From Planctomycetota bacterium (lineage in GTDB: Bacteria > Planctomycetota > UBA8108 > SXIK01): 64,000 nt of DNA. A program made the position numbers and the translations under genes. The notes beneath the pieces are model-generated. The model saw only the letters and a program-made list of their open reading frames with translations, was not told the DNA's origin and did not search any database. Numbering within the stretch: the first letter of the stretch is position 1; each line of letters opens with the position of its first letter. Where the stretch lies: assembly GCA_965223845.1 (NCBI GenBank), contig CBDCXR010000004.1:3232001-3296000 (forward strand). The letters are read 5' to 3'. This document shows positions 1-11,573 of this stretch, piece by piece.

Positions 1-1
1 C

Positions 2-559
2 ATCACCGACTGGGGTGCCCACTATCTCGACATCGCGCAGTGGGGTCTCGGTACGGATCGCTCGGGCCCGGTCGAGGTCGATGCGCAAAACGTCCGCGTC
101 CGCGAGAAGGGAATCTACGATGCACCGGAGAGCTTTCGCATCGTCTACACGTACGCGAGCGGAGCGCAGGCGATCCTCGTCTCGACGGACGACCGAAGCC
201 GCTGGGGAATGAAGTTTTTCGGCGAGAAGGGGACGGTCTACGTCGAGTCGAAAAACGTCGACGTGAAACCGGGGACGGTCGACGCGGGACCGATCCGCGA
301 GGATGAGATCCATCTCTACGACGCGAAGAACGATCACCACGGAAACTTCCTCGACTGCGTGCGGTCGCGGAAGGAACCGTCGGCTCCGGTCGAGATCGCG
401 CATCGATCCGCGTCGATTTGTCAGATCGGCGCGATTTCGGCCGCGCTCGGACGAAAGCTCAAGTGGAACCCCGACACCGAGCGGTTCGTCGGTGACGACG
501 AAGCGAACTCGAAGCTCGCGCGACCGATGCGAAAGCCGTGGACGCTGGCGAGCGTTTAG
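2..559 (+). CDS. Gfo/Idh/MocA family oxidoreductase, C-terminal part (5' end outside window)
   Basis: Frame open from nt 2: ITDWGAHYLDIAQWGLGTDRSGPVEV...HHGNFLDCVRSRKEPSAPVEIAHRSASICQIG...KLKWNPDTERF, the typical C-terminus of this family. Confidence 0.9.
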   Translation: MTDWGAHYLDIAQWGLGTDRSGPVEVDAQNVRVREKGIYDAPESFRIVYTYASGAQAILVSTDDRSRWGMKFFGEKGTVYVESKNVDVKPGTVDAGPIREDEIHLYDAKNDHHGNFLDCVRSRKEPSAPVEIAHRSASICQIGAISAALGRKLKWNPDTERFVGDDEANSKLARPMRKPWTLASV

Positions 560-602
560 CCGAATGCGGACGCCGCTAGCGGCGCGTAAAGGAGCCTTCG
601 TC

Positions 603-2564
603 ATGCCGTCCGATGCATTCGCTGTCTTTCGCCGCTTCGCCTCCGCTCGCTCGATCGCCGCGCTCGTAGCGATCGTCGCTGCACTGCGCGGCGAAACGAC
701 TCGGACCTCGTTCGCGGCAGACCTTGGCGGCGATTCGCCCACTTCCCAGGCGGCGCTCCCGATCGCCGGCGAGTGGCGCGGGATCTACTACGTCTATCCG
801 AGCGCGATGGCGCTCAAGGCCGAGCTTTCTGCAGACGCGAACGGCAGGGTGTCCGGGTCGATCGAGTTCCAACCTCTAGTGAAAACGCGCTCGGTCGTCG
901 GCAACTTCGCCGGCAAGTACGGGGTCCAAGGGACGTACCACCGGAGCACGAAAACGATTCGCCTGAACCCGATGCGCTGGATCGAGCGGCCGCGACGACC
1001 CGTCGTTCTCGTAGGTTTCGACGGCGTGTTCGATCCGGCGGGACCTGCGATTGCGGGACGACTGACTCGGCCGATCCAGCGGGGAGCCGCGCATCTCTAC
1101 TTCGCTCTCCGGCGACCGCAAAACGCGGGTTCCCTCACCGAACCGATGACCAGCGCGCTCGAGGTCGGAAAGTTCGTCCGTCGGCCACCGGGCGCGCCGG
1201 ACAACCAGACGCTTCTTCGCTGGTGCGAGAAGCTGACAACCGAATACCCCGGTCTCGATCCGTACCGCACAGAACTGAGCGCGCTCTATTCGAGGGCGTA
1301 CAACCTCTTCGAAGACGAGCACTTCAAGGCGTGCTTCGGGAAGCGCTTCGACGAGATGAGTTCCACTGAGCGACGGAACATCCGTTTCCTCGGACCCCTT
1401 CGGAACAAGTCGCCGAAGTTGCGGGATTTCTCCGGGCTCAGCCGGGCATTCTCGGCGACGGGCACACAAGGCACGCCGGAAGTGATGCACGTCGTGCTCG
1501 CCCAGAGAACGATCCGCGCGTGGCGGGGCCGACATCTCGAGCAACTCGAGCGGTTCCCGGTCGACCTCGCGTCCTTCACGTCGATCGATGCGATCGAAGC
1601 GGCCGCCCGCGTCCAACTCGCGACGCTGTGGCCGAGCGAGCGAAAGGAGTTCGACGCGACCGTGCTCTCCACTCGCCGAAGGATTGCGCGTCCGCTGAGT
1701 GAGAAGCTCGCGAGCGGGATCATCCGGGATGCGAAAGGTCACGCCGGCGCCCGCGCGCTGTCACTGTGGACCGCGCGGCAGCAGAAACTCCTCCGCTGGC
1801 TCGAAGACTCCGAGCGAGCGATGCTCGAGAAACGCGTCCTCGCGAGACTCGACGAAGTCATCGCACCACTGATCGAGATCGAGGTGCGCCGGCTCGAGCC
1901 CGTCGACGAGGGGGTAGCGGGACTCCAGCGAACCAACGACTGGTTCCGTCGATTCCGCTTGAAGTACGGATTCGCGTCCCGTCGCCCGGCGTATCACGGT
2001 GCGATCAGAAAACTGCGCGCCGCCCGAGACAAGCAGATCGCGAGCATTCGAGACGACGCCATCGCGGTGATCGGGAGAATGGGCGTCGAGCCAGAGATCA
2101 ACGGACTCGTGCGAGACCTCCTTCCCGTTCCCGGGGATCGTGAAGCGGCGCCCGGTCGAGCCATTCTCGCTGCGGCCAATCGTCAGATTCAGCGGATCCG
2201 CGAGCTGAAGCGGCGGCAGGCGGCAGGCAATCTGATGGCGTTCGGTGCGGCGCTGCTTCAAGTTTTGAAACTCGACGCCGAGAAGGAGAAGGATCGCGCG
2301 GGCGCGGCGATCGCGACCGTCCTCCGCAACCATCTTATCGACGGCGCTGTTCTCAAGTACAAGCCGAAGGCAACGCCGGAAGAGGTCCTCAGCTATCGCG
2401 CGATCGTGACGTTTCTCCTCGACGGGGAAGCTCTCGACATCGACAAGGAGCTCGATCGGAAAGAACTCCTCGAGAAGCTCAAGGCGCGCTATCCAAAACG
2501 GAACTTCGAGCTCGGCGCTCTCGATTTCGGTATCCAGGTGTTCAACGAGCTGCGGAAGAAATAG
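603..2564 (+). CDS. Hypothetical exported protein (N-terminal beta-rich domain plus long helical region)
   Basis: Within ORF 303..2564. ATG603 is preceded by AAAGGAG; hydrophobic N-terminus (SIAALVAIVAAL). No family recognised. Confidence 0.75.
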   Translation: MPSDAFAVFRRFASARSIAALVAIVAALRGETTRTSFAADLGGDSPTSQAALPIAGEWRGIYYVYPSAMALKAELSADANGRVSGSIEFQPLVKTRSVVGNFAGKYGVQGTYHRSTKTIRLNPMRWIERPRRPVVLVGFDGVFDPAGPAIAGRLTRPIQRGAAHLYFALRRPQNAGSLTEPMTSALEVGKFVRRPPGAPDNQTLLRWCEKLTTEYPGLDPYRTELSALYSRAYNLFEDEHFKACFGKRFDEMSSTERRNIRFLGPLRNKSPKLRDFSGLSRAFSATGTQGTPEVMHVVLAQRTIRAWRGRHLEQLERFPVDLASFTSIDAIEAAARVQLATLWPSERKEFDATVLSTRRRIARPLSEKLASGIIRDAKGHAGARALSLWTARQQKLLRWLEDSERAMLEKRVLARLDEVIAPLIEIEVRRLEPVDEGVAGLQRTNDWFRRFRLKYGFASRRPAYHGAIRKLRAARDKQIASIRDDAIAVIGRMGVEPEINGLVRDLLPVPGDREAAPGRAILAAANRQIQRIRELKRRQAAGNLMAFGAALLQVLKLDAEKEKDRAGAAIATVLRNHLIDGAVLKYKPKATPEEVLSYRAIVTFLLDGEALDIDKELDRKELLEKLKARYPKRNFELGALDFGIQVFNELRKK

Positions 2565-2933
2565 TCCCGGCGCGGAGTCACCCGAAGGCAGCGTGCGCCG
2601 CCCGGCGAGACGACTCTCTCGTCGATCCGACACGAACCTCGACCGGACTCCCGATCCGATTTCGGCGATCGTCTCGGCGTTCCAGCCGCAGCGGCCCCGA
2701 AGCGTTCGACTACCGTACGGGTACTCTCCCTTGATTCGGAATCGAAGCGCTCCGCCGTCGGACGATCCCTGCGCACGCGTCACTCGACGCCGTTCCGATA
2801 AGCGCCGCTGACGCGATGCGCGCGTCGACTCCCGCCGACCGCTCTGGCAGAATGAGGGAATGCAGCGGGCCCTCGCCCTGAAGCGCATCGGATCAAACGA
2901 GCTCAACGTCGCGAGACCAACGGAGAGATCGAA

Positions 2934-3806
2934 ATGAATCGCTGGCTGGTCGCGCTCAGCCTGAGTCTTTCGCTAGCGGCGATCGGCGTTGCGGGCTTTT
3001 CGTTCTTGGAGCCGCGACGCCATCAGCTCGATGCACTCTCGTCCTCGCAGGACGCGGAACGCCACATGGCCGGGATGGTCGAAGCTCTCGAAGCTCGCCT
3101 CGCAGATCTCGAGTCGAGCCGCTCTTCGAGGCCCGTGCGAGTCTCGGATCACGCGCTCGCTCGGGCCGCGGCGCGATCCGGATCGACGACGGCAGAGCTG
3201 CACGGAAAGGTCGCCGCGCTCGCCGCTCGCCTCTCCGCGCTGGAAGATGATGAAACCATCGCCGAGCTTGCCGCGAGGGGCCATGAGCAGATCGTCGTGC
3301 GAGACGTTCGAAGCGCCATCGACGTCGCCCGCGACCGGGAAGCGCCACCGGCCGATCGACTCCGCGCGCTGCGAACGATTCGCGGTGCGGCTAAGAAGAA
3401 TCGAAAGCTGACCGCGGCCGCCCTCAAAGGCGAGGGGATGTCGGAGCTCGATCTTCTTTCACCGATGCTCGAAATCGCAAAGGACACCTCGCTCGACGGC
3501 GAACTTCGCGCGGAAGTCGTCCACGGTCTCCGCTCGAAGCACCGAGAAGTTCGAGCCCCGCTCCTCGAGCTCCTCACGAGCGACCCCGTACCGGAAGTAC
3601 GCACCGGTGCCGTGAAAGCGCTCCTCTGGCACCTTGAGGACGCGGACGTTCGTGCGGCGATCATCGAGGCAAGCGGGTCGGACACGGACGAGCAAGTTCG
3701 CCATACCGCCGAGAGAGTGATGCCGAAGGTCCGCCACTTCGAACGCGAAACGCCGACGGCGGCAGAGAAGTCGCGGGGAGGGAAGGATCAAAGCGACTCG
3801 GAGTAG
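2934..3806 (+). CDS. Membrane-anchored coiled-coil/HEAT-repeat protein
   Basis: GGAGA upstream; N-terminal hydrophobic segment, heptad region (VEALEARLADLE), HEAT-like repeats (LLELLTSDPVPEVRTGAVKAL; DTDEQVRHTA). Confidence 0.8.
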   Translation: MNRWLVALSLSLSLAAIGVAGFSFLEPRRHQLDALSSSQDAERHMAGMVEALEARLADLESSRSSRPVRVSDHALARAAARSGSTTAELHGKVAALAARLSALEDDETIAELAARGHEQIVVRDVRSAIDVARDREAPPADRLRALRTIRGAAKKNRKLTAAALKGEGMSELDLLSPMLEIAKDTSLDGELRAEVVHGLRSKHREVRAPLLELLTSDPVPEVRTGAVKALLWHLEDADVRAAIIEASGSDTDEQVRHTAERVMPKVRHFERETPTAAEKSRGGKDQSDSE

Positions 3807-3854
3807 CGACGCGTCCCCTCGGTTCGTCTCCTTCCCGACCGAGCTCGACGCGCC

Positions 3855-5468
3855 ATGATCGGAGCCATCGATTCCGTGCTCACGACGACGCAGCTCGCCC
3901 GTCCCCCGCGTGTGCGCCTCGAGCGGCCGCACGGCGCGCGATGGATCCGCCGAGTCGGTTTCGGTGTCCTCGCGAGCACCCTCCTGGCGGGCTGCGGAGT
4001 CCCGGCGCCGGAGCGCGCGGGCGGACTCGACCTCGACATCCCCGCGACCTGGACCAGCGGAGCGCCCGACAATGATGGCGCCGTCGCGGCGGGTTGGCTC
4101 CGCGAGTTCGGCGACCCGGAACTCGAGCGTCTCGTCGCCCGCGCGCTCGTCCACAACCGCGACCTGCAAGTCGCGGCAGCACGCCTCAAGGTCGCGGAGG
4201 AAGGTGCGATCATCGGACGATCGGCGCGGCTCCCTTCTCTCTCGGCGTCGACTTCGGGTTCGTACTCCGAAGCGCGCGTCGAGGATGCCAGCGGCGACTT
4301 GCGGCCGTTCGCCCATTTCAAAGACGCCCGTCTCGCGTTCAGCGCGTCTTGGGAGGTCGACCTCTGGGGCCGCCTCGCCAATCTTCACCGCGCATCCCTC
4401 GAAGACCTCGAAGCGCAAAGCGCCGATTACCACGGAGCCCGACTCTCTCTCGCGGCGAGTACCGTGAGCGCTTGGTTCGACCTCATCGCCGCCGAAGAAC
4501 AGTTCGAGCTCGCTCGGACAACTCGTGACAGCTTCGTGAGAAACTATCGCATCACCGAGCGCAATTACGTCGCGGGTGATCCGACGGCCAGCTCGCTCGA
4601 CGTCAACTTCGGACGCAACCAGGTCGCTGCCGCCGAGCGCTCTCTGATTTCGCGTCGACTCGCTCGCAACGAGGCGCGGCGGACGCTCGAGCTTTTGTTA
4701 GGGACTTATCCGGCCGCTGCGGTCGCGAGCGGCGCTCAACTGCCCGAGCTCGAGAGCGCGGTTCCCGCCGGTCTGCCTTCCGCCCTCCTCATGAGACGCC
4801 CCGATCTCGTCGCCGCCGCGGCCGATCTCCGCGCGTCGGCCGAGCGTGCCGACGCGGCTCGGAAGGCGTTGCTCCCGTCGATCACGTTGAGCGCCGGTGG
4901 ATCGACGACGGTACCGAGCCTGGAGCTCCTCGATCTGATCCGAGATCCCGCCTCCGTCGCGTGGAACGTCGCCGCCTCGATTTCGCAACCTCTCTACCGC
5001 GGCGGTGCGCTCCGCGCCCAGGCCCGCCAAGCCGCAGCCCTCAACGACGCCGCGGTCGCCGCGTTCTCTAGCGTCGCCCTGCGTGCGTTTCGCGAAGTGG
5101 AATCGGCGCTCTCCGCGGCACGGTCTCTCGCGGAGCAGGAAGAGTTTCTCCAGATTGAGCTCGAGCAAGCCAATCTCGCCGAAGCGCAGGCTTACCGCGA
5201 TTACGCGCAGGGCATCGTGGGAATCTTGTCCGTCCTCGAGGGACAACGGCGAGCGGTGAACGCGCGCAGCTCCATGATCTCGCTTCGGAACGCTCGTCTT
5301 CAGAATCGGATCGACCTACACTTGGCTTTGGGCGGGGATTTCGAAGAATCCGCGGCACCCTCGGTCGCGGCGTATACTGATACTGGTGAGACCTCTCCGC
5401 TCGGGCCTCGACCCCCAAGATTCCCCGTACGCGGCGTCCCTTCCTCGAACGATACCCAGACCGACTGA
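3855..5468 (+). CDS. Efflux outer-membrane factor lipoprotein (NodT/OprM/TolC family)
   Basis: Lipobox LLAGC; WLREFGDPEL, NRDLQVAAARL, SWEVDLWGR, PAGLPSALLMRRPDL, LHLALGGDF. Exact start uncertain. Confidence 0.93.
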   Translation: MIGAIDSVLTTTQLARPPRVRLERPHGARWIRRVGFGVLASTLLAGCGVPAPERAGGLDLDIPATWTSGAPDNDGAVAAGWLREFGDPELERLVARALVHNRDLQVAAARLKVAEEGAIIGRSARLPSLSASTSGSYSEARVEDASGDLRPFAHFKDARLAFSASWEVDLWGRLANLHRASLEDLEAQSADYHGARLSLAASTVSAWFDLIAAEEQFELARTTRDSFVRNYRITERNYVAGDPTASSLDVNFGRNQVAAAERSLISRRLARNEARRTLELLLGTYPAAAVASGAQLPELESAVPAGLPSALLMRRPDLVAAAADLRASAERADAARKALLPSITLSAGGSTTVPSLELLDLIRDPASVAWNVAASISQPLYRGGALRAQARQAAALNDAAVAAFSSVALRAFREVESALSAARSLAEQEEFLQIELEQANLAEAQAYRDYAQGIVGILSVLEGQRRAVNARSSMISLRNARLQNRIDLHLALGGDFEESAAPSVAAYTDTGETSPLGPRPPRFPVRGVPSSNDTQTD

Positions 5469-6730
5469 TGCAAGACTCCGAACTCGAGCTTTCGTCGCGT
5501 CCGCGCCGGCCGTCGGGAGTCGCGTCGGTCGCCGCCCGAGCTCTCATCCCCATCGCCGTCCTCGTCGTCGGTGCGCTCGGCTTCGTGCTGCTTTCGCGCG
5601 TTCCCGAATCGACACCGCGTGCGAAGGAGAAGCCTCGGGTCATCAAGACTCGAGCGATCGAGCTCCGCGCCCAAGAGTTTCAGACGGAGTTCCCGACCCG
5701 GGGCGTTGTTCGTCCCCACAATGAGGTGACGCTCACGCCAGAGGTGTCCGGCCGGATCGTTCGGGTCGCCGCGGAGTTCGAGGACGGTGCGTTCTTCTCT
5801 GCGGGCGACGTCCTCATCGAGCTCGACAAGCGGGACTATGAAGCGGCGGTCGTCGTGGCGCAAGCTCAGCTCGCGCGGGCTCAGTCGGCTCACGCGCAAG
5901 AGAAGACTCGCGCCGAACAGGCGCGACTCAACTGGGATGATCTCGGCTACGACGAGGAGCCCAACGAGCTCGTCCTTCGCAAGCCGCAGCTCCGCGAAGC
6001 AAAGGCGAACGTCGACTCGGCTCAGGCGCAGCTCGATCAGGCGAACCGGAATCTCGACCGCACGAAGGTGCGCGCCTCGTTCGACGGCCGCGTCCGCCAC
6101 CGCAACGTCGGCGTCGGACAGTCGGTAGGAACCGGCACTCCGCTCGGCAGTGTCTTCTCGATCGACTACGCCGAGATCCGCCTTCCGATCGATAGCCGGG
6201 ACATGAGGTATCTCTCCCTCCCGGAGGACCCCGACGATCCTCCTCTCGCCGTGGAGCTGCGGGACGCCCTCGATCCGAGCAGCACGACGGTGTGGACGGG
6301 AAAGATCGTCCGCACCGAAGGCGCGCTCGACGAAAACTCGCTCGAGTTGTTCGGCGTCGCCCGCGTCTTCGATCCGTTCGGACGGGATTCGGGACTCCCG
6401 CCTCTCCGCATCGGACAGCCGGTGATCGGGACGATCCGCGGCACCGTCCTCGAGGACGTCCTCGTCGTTCCGCGCGCGGCAGTCCACAAGCTCGACCGGA
6501 TCTATCTCATCGACCCGGACAAGATGACGCTCCGTTCGCACACGATCGTTCCGATCTGGTCGAACAAGGAACGCGTCGTCGTCCGCGACCCGAACGTTCT
6601 GGACGGTACGCTTCTCGCGACGACCCATCTCAGCTACGCGCCCGAGGATTCCGCCGTCGAGGTGCTTCCCGACGTCGGCGCGGAAGCGGCGGACATCGCG
6701 GACGCCGACGCCGCGAAGAGCGACGATTGA
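5468..6730 (+). CDS. Efflux RND-type periplasmic adaptor (membrane fusion protein)
   Basis: N-terminal TM; [15 protein letters not shown], helical hairpin, [26 protein letters not shown] overlap with the upstream gene. Confidence 0.92.
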   Translation: MQDSELELSSRPRRPSGVASVAARALIPIAVLVVGALGFVLLSRVPESTPRAKEKPRVIKTRAIELRAQEFQTEFPTRGVVRPHNEVTLTPEVSGRIVRVAAEFEDGAFFSAGDVLIELDKRDYEAAVVVAQAQLARAQSAHAQEKTRAEQARLNWDDLGYDEEPNELVLRKPQLREAKANVDSAQAQLDQANRNLDRTKVRASFDGRVRHRNVGVGQSVGTGTPLGSVFSIDYAEIRLPIDSRDMRYLSLPEDPDDPPLAVELRDALDPSSTTVWTGKIVRTEGALDENSLELFGVARVFDPFGRDSGLPPLRIGQPVIGTIRGTVLEDVLVVPRAAVHKLDRIYLIDPDKMTLRSHTIVPIWSNKERVVVRDPNVLDGTLLATTHLSYAPEDSAVEVLPDVGAEAADIADADAAKSDD

Positions 6731-8301
6731 ACGCGAGCGCGCGGAGGGTGGTTCCGCACACTGTGCCCGAGTCTCGCCTCTTTCGACGACGACGAGCCGG
6801 AGGAGTCCGCGCGGTACAGGCTTGGACCTTTGTCGTCCTCGCCGCGATCGCGATCGCGTCTCGTCCGTCGCTCGCGACGTCTGAGGAGCGACGCCGGGAG
6901 CGCCCGAACGTGCTCTTCATCGCCGTCGACGACCTCCGGGTCGAGCTCGGCTGCTACGGCGGCACGATCGTCCGCTCGCCGAATATCGACGCGCTCGCCG
7001 AACGCGGAACGCTCTTCACGCGCGCCTACTGCCAGCAGGCGGTGTGCAATCCTTCACGTGCGTCGCTCCTCACCGGTCTCCGTCCGGCCACGCTCGGAAT
7101 CTGGGATCTCCCGACTCACTTTCGCCAGTCGCACCCGAGCGTCGTCACGCTTCCCGAGCTCTTCAAGGGAGCGGGATACTTCACCCAAAACACCGGGAAG
7201 ATTTATCACAACTGGCGACAGGACGAATTCAAGGGAGACGCGCAGTCGTGGTCTGTCCCGGCGGTGATGCACTACAACTCTCACGGTGCCGACAAGCCGC
7301 AGCTAACGAGCGAGATCAGTCCCGATGAGGCGAGCTTGCCGCGCTGCGAAATGCGCGACGTCCCCGACGAAGCCTACTTCGACGGCCGCATCGCGAACCT
7401 CGCCGTTTCTGCACTCCAGGATCTGGCGGCGAAGGAACAACCCTTCTTCCTCGCGGTCGGCTTCTGGAAGCCGCACGCTCCGTTCAACGCGCCGAAGCGC
7501 TACTGGGATCTCTACGCACCTCGCGAAATCCCCGCCGCGGCCACCGCGAGTGCGCCTCGTGCGGTTCCGGAGATCGCCCTTCACGACAGCCGCGAAATCC
7601 TTCGCGGTTTCAGAGATCGCCCGACCGGGAAGCCGACGCCGGAGGAGGCGCTCCAACTTCGCCACGGATACTACGCGGCAACGAGCTACGTCGACGCGCA
7701 GGTGGGAAAGGTCGTCGCCGAGCTCGATCGACTCGCGCTCGCCTCATCGACGATCATCGTCTTTTGGTCGGATCACGGATTCCACCTCGGCGAGCACGCC
7801 CTGTGGGCGAAGACATCGAACTTCGAGCTCGACGCGCGCGTCCCGCTCATCATCGCCACGCCCGATCACCCTCGCGGTCAGCGCACGCACGCGATCGTGG
7901 AGCTCCTCGATCTCTATCCTACGCTGGCCGACCTCTGCGGACTCGCCGCGCCGGCGGAGCTCGAAGGCACGAGCTTGCGTCCGCTACTCGAGAATCCGAG
8001 CGGCGCCGTCAAGAAGGCAGCGTTCACATGGCACCCGCGTCCGGCCTACCCTCCCCGCGACAGTTTGCCGCAGGCGATGGGGTACTCGATGCGCACACCC
8101 GACTTCCGCTACACCGAATGGCGCGAATGCGCTACCGGACGCGTTCTCGCGCGCGAGCTGTACGACCACCGCGTCGACCCGGACGAGACCGTGAACGTCG
8201 CGGGCGATCCGATCCGCGCCGCCGAGGTCGATGTTCTGTCCAAACATCTCGGGGAAATTCACCCGCGTGTTGCGCTTGAGCGGCGACACCCTGCAAGATG
8301 A
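6727..8301 (+). CDS. Sulfatase (formylglycine-dependent, iduronate-2-sulfatase/choline-sulfatase-like)
   Basis: [18 protein letters not shown] (CxPxR), [24 protein letters not shown]6727 overlaps the upstream TGA; the start could be later. Confidence 0.92.
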   Translation: MNASARRVVPHTVPESRLFRRRRAGGVRAVQAWTFVVLAAIAIASRPSLATSEERRRERPNVLFIAVDDLRVELGCYGGTIVRSPNIDALAERGTLFTRAYCQQAVCNPSRASLLTGLRPATLGIWDLPTHFRQSHPSVVTLPELFKGAGYFTQNTGKIYHNWRQDEFKGDAQSWSVPAVMHYNSHGADKPQLTSEISPDEASLPRCEMRDVPDEAYFDGRIANLAVSALQDLAAKEQPFFLAVGFWKPHAPFNAPKRYWDLYAPREIPAAATASAPRAVPEIALHDSREILRGFRDRPTGKPTPEEALQLRHGYYAATSYVDAQVGKVVAELDRLALASSTIIVFWSDHGFHLGEHALWAKTSNFELDARVPLIIATPDHPRGQRTHAIVELLDLYPTLADLCGLAAPAELEGTSLRPLLENPSGAVKKAAFTWHPRPAYPPRDSLPQAMGYSMRTPDFRYTEWRECATGRVLARELYDHRVDPDETVNVAGDPIRAAEVDVLSKHLGEIHPRVALERRHPAR

Positions 8302-8428
8302 GGGACGAACCGGATCCGGGAGAGTCCGGGCGGCGGAGTCCGACCGAGCCGCGCGGAGCGATCTCCCCACAGTGAAGGCGCAGCGAGCGTCCTTCTCGAA
8401 CCGTTTTCATCGTCGCGGATGAGTCGAC

Positions 8429-11400
8429 ATGCGCAGAGCATCACGCAGCTTCCGTTCCCGTCGAACACCGAGGACCCTCTCCGCGGGCGCAGTGCTCGCG
8501 GCGCTGATCGTCGCGCCGTCGTCGCGCGCGGCCGACGACATCGAGTTTAGTCGCGACATTCGACCACTCCTCTCGGACAAGTGTTTTCACTGTCACGGTC
8601 CCGACGCGACGACGCGCGAGGGGAATCTTCGTCTCGATGTCGAAGAGGGCGTGTTTCAGCGTCGCGGACGCAGGCGTGTTCCGGTGGTCGCCGGCCAGCC
8701 CTCCCGGAGCGCGGTCTTCCGGAGAATCACCGCCGACGATCCGGACGACCGGATGCCCCCGCCCGATTCGGGCAAATCGCTGAGCGAGAGTGAGATCGAG
8801 CTGATCCGGCGCTGGATCGAGCAGGGCGCCGAATGGCAGGGGCACTGGTCGCTCATCTCGCCGACGCGCCCACCCGTCCCGGAGGTCACCGACACCGCGT
8901 GGCCGCGGACGACTCTCGATCGCTTCGTCCTCGCTCGTCTCGAGACGGAGATGCTCCGACCTTCACCCGAGGCCGACCGGCGCACGTGGATCCGACGCGT
9001 CACACTCGACCTTACGGGATTGCCGCCGACAATCGATGAGGTCGAACGCTTCGTCGCCGACACTTCGGCCGACGCGTACGAAAAGGTCGTCGACCGCCTC
9101 CTCGGTTCGCCGGCCTACGGTGAACACCAGGCGCGATTCTGGCTCGACGCCGCCCGCTACGGCGACACCCACGGCCTCCACCTCGACAACTACCGCGAAA
9201 TCTGGCCGTACCGGGACTGGGTCATCCGCGCGTTCAACGCCAACCTCGGGTGGGACGAGTTCACCGTCAAGAATCTCGCCGGAGATCTGCTCCCTGGCGC
9301 CACGCTCGACGATCTCGTCGCGAGCGGATTCAACCGCTGTCATATCACGACGAGCGAGGGAGGATCGATCGCGGAGGAAGTGTACGTCCGCAACGTCGTC
9401 GATCGCGTCTCCACCGTCGGAACGGTGTTTCTCGGGCTCACGACGGGTTGCGCGGTCTGCCACGATCACAAGTTCGATCCGTTCACGATGCGCGACTTCT
9501 ATTCGATGTTCGCGTTCTTCAACAATCTCGACGCAAACCCGCTCGACGGAAACGCGAAAGCTCACGCGCCGGTGACGAAGGTCCCGACGGAGACGGACCG
9601 CGTCCGGAGCGAGGAGTACGCGGCGAAGATCCGCGGAATCGAGACCCGGCTCGCCGGCCCCTGGCCGGGCCTCGACGCGCGGCAAGCCGAGTGGGAGAAG
9701 AAGTGGACAGGGAAATTCACGGATCTCTGGACGGCTCCCCCACCGGCGTCAGCCTCATCCTCCGGCGGAGCGACCCTCTCGATCCAAGACGATCGCTCCG
9801 TTCTTGCGACCGGCGCGAACCCGCCGAAGGACGTGTACACCGTGGAGCTCCACGTGCCGACGGGAAAGGTCTCGGCCGTTCGCCTCGAGGCGCTCACGCA
9901 TTCTTCCTACGGCGGCAAAAACGGTCGCGCTTCGAACGGAAACGCGGTGCTGAGCGAGTTCGAGCTCGAGGCGATCCCTCTCGCTACGCCGGGCGCCGAT
10001 CCGACTCGCGTCCGATGGGCGTCGGCTTCGGCGGACCACTCGCAGAAAGACTATCCGATCGCAAACGCGATCGATGGCAAGGTCGACGACAAGAACGGCT
10101 GGGCTACGGAGGGCTACTCGCGCGCGGAAGCGCGAAACGCGACGTTCGTGCCGACGGAGCCGTTCGGTTTCGATGGCGGTACGCTCGTTCGCTGTCGCCT
10201 TCGCTTCGAGACTCAGTTCGCTCAGCACGCGTTCGGCCGTGTGCGGGTGTCGATCAGCACGCGAGACGACTTCGCGGAAGTCACGGGCGCTGTTCCCCCC
10301 GAGGGCCTCGCGGCAGCACTCGCCGTCCCCGCGGCGGACCGAGACGAAGCGCAGGCGAAGCTCGTCCGCGCGCACTATCGTGAATCTACGTCGTCCGAAT
10401 GGAAGTCTCTTTCGTCAGAGCTCGCCGAGCTAAACAAGGCGGCAACTCAGCTCGAAGCGTCGTTCCCGACGACGCTCATCATGAAGGAGCGAGCGTCACC
10501 TAGGCCGGCGTATCTTCTTCGCCGCGGCCAGTACGACCTCCCCGATAAGGAGCTCGGTGAGCTGCCGAGAGCAGTGCCGAGCGCGTTTCCTCCGCTGCCG
10601 GAGAACGCTCCCGTCAATCGACTCGGTTTCGCGCAGTGGCTCATCGCGTCGGAGCACCCGCTTCTTGCGCGCGTGACCGTCAATCGTTTCTGGCAGCAGT
10701 TCTTCGGCCGCGGGATCGTCGAGACCGCCGAGGATTTCGGATCGCAGGGCGCCTGGCCGACCCACCCGCGACTTCTCGATTGGCTCGCGGTCGAGTTTCG
10801 CGAATCGGGCTGGGACGTGAAGCAACTCTTCCGCACGATCGCGCTCTCGGCGACGTACCGCCAGAGCTCACGCGCGCCGGCGGAACTTTGGCAGCGCGAC
10901 CCGCAGAACCGCCTGCTCGCTCGCGGCCCGAGGTTCCGTCTCGACGCGGAGTCGCTTCGCGATCAGGCTCTCTCGGTGAGCGGCCTCCTCGTCGAGCGAG
11001 TCGGCGGTCCGCCGGTGAAGCCGCCGCAGCCCGACGGGCTCTGGAAGGCCGTCGCGTACGTCGGCTCGAACACAATGAAGTTCACGGCGGACAAGGGCCC
11101 CGAGAAAGTCCACCGCCGCAGCCTCTACACGTTTTGGAAGCGCACGGCGCCGGCTCCGCAGATGACGACGTTCGACGCGCCGTCGCGTGAGAGCTGTACG
11201 GTGCGCCGAGAACGCACGAACACGCCGCTACAGGCGCTCCTCCTCCTCAACGATCCGCAGTACGTGGAAGCCGCGCGCCATCTCGCTCTGCGAGCGCTCC
11301 GCGAATGCAGCGGTTCGCCGTCCGAACGCGCGGGGCACCTCCTCCGCCTCGCCACGCTCAGGCCGGCGACCGACGGCGAAGTCGAAGAGCTGGTCGCGGT

Positions 11401-11569
11401 CTACGAGGACCGTCTCGCGTTCTATCGTTCGCATCCTGACGAGGCGAAAGCGATCCTCGCCATCGGTGAACCGACGAGTGGCGACCGGCCCGGAACCGCC
11501 GAGCTTGCCGCGTGGACGCTCGTCGGAAATGTCGTACTCAACCTCGACGAAGTGCTGACCAAGGAGTGA
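8429..11569 (+). CDS. Planctomycete cytochrome c / DUF1549 / DUF1553 (PSD1) protein
   Basis: [81 protein letters not shown]. Confidence 0.95.
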   Translation: MRRASRSFRSRRTPRTLSAGAVLAALIVAPSSRAADDIEFSRDIRPLLSDKCFHCHGPDATTREGNLRLDVEEGVFQRRGRRRVPVVAGQPSRSAVFRRITADDPDDRMPPPDSGKSLSESEIELIRRWIEQGAEWQGHWSLISPTRPPVPEVTDTAWPRTTLDRFVLARLETEMLRPSPEADRRTWIRRVTLDLTGLPPTIDEVERFVADTSADAYEKVVDRLLGSPAYGEHQARFWLDAARYGDTHGLHLDNYREIWPYRDWVIRAFNANLGWDEFTVKNLAGDLLPGATLDDLVASGFNRCHITTSEGGSIAEEVYVRNVVDRVSTVGTVFLGLTTGCAVCHDHKFDPFTMRDFYSMFAFFNNLDANPLDGNAKAHAPVTKVPTETDRVRSEEYAAKIRGIETRLAGPWPGLDARQAEWEKKWTGKFTDLWTAPPPASASSSGGATLSIQDDRSVLATGANPPKDVYTVELHVPTGKVSAVRLEALTHSSYGGKNGRASNGNAVLSEFELEAIPLATPGADPTRVRWASASADHSQKDYPIANAIDGKVDDKNGWATEGYSRAEARNATFVPTEPFGFDGGTLVRCRLRFETQFAQHAFGRVRVSISTRDDFAEVTGAVPPEGLAAALAVPAADRDEAQAKLVRAHYRESTSSEWKSLSSELAELNKAATQLEASFPTTLIMKERASPRPAYLLRRGQYDLPDKELGELPRAVPSAFPPLPENAPVNRLGFAQWLIASEHPLLARVTVNRFWQQFFGRGIVETAEDFGSQGAWPTHPRLLDWLAVEFRESGWDVKQLFRTIALSATYRQSSRAPAELWQRDPQNRLLARGPRFRLDAESLRDQALSVSGLLVERVGGPPVKPPQPDGLWKAVAYVGSNTMKFTADKGPEKVHRRSLYTFWKRTAPAPQMTTFDAPSRESCTVRRERTNTPLQALLLLNDPQYVEAARHLALRALRECSGSPSERAGHLLRLATLRPATDGEVEELVAVYEDRLAFYRSHPDEAKAILAIGEPTSGDRPGTAELAAWTLVGNVVLNLDEVLTKE

Positions 11570-11573
11570 ATCC

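Noticed and set aside
303-602. 5' extensions of ORF-track calls (303, 6292, 13979, 35768, 37693, 41754 and others)
   Set aside because: They overlap upstream genes or are low-complexity. Downstream starts give better SDs and proper signal peptides.
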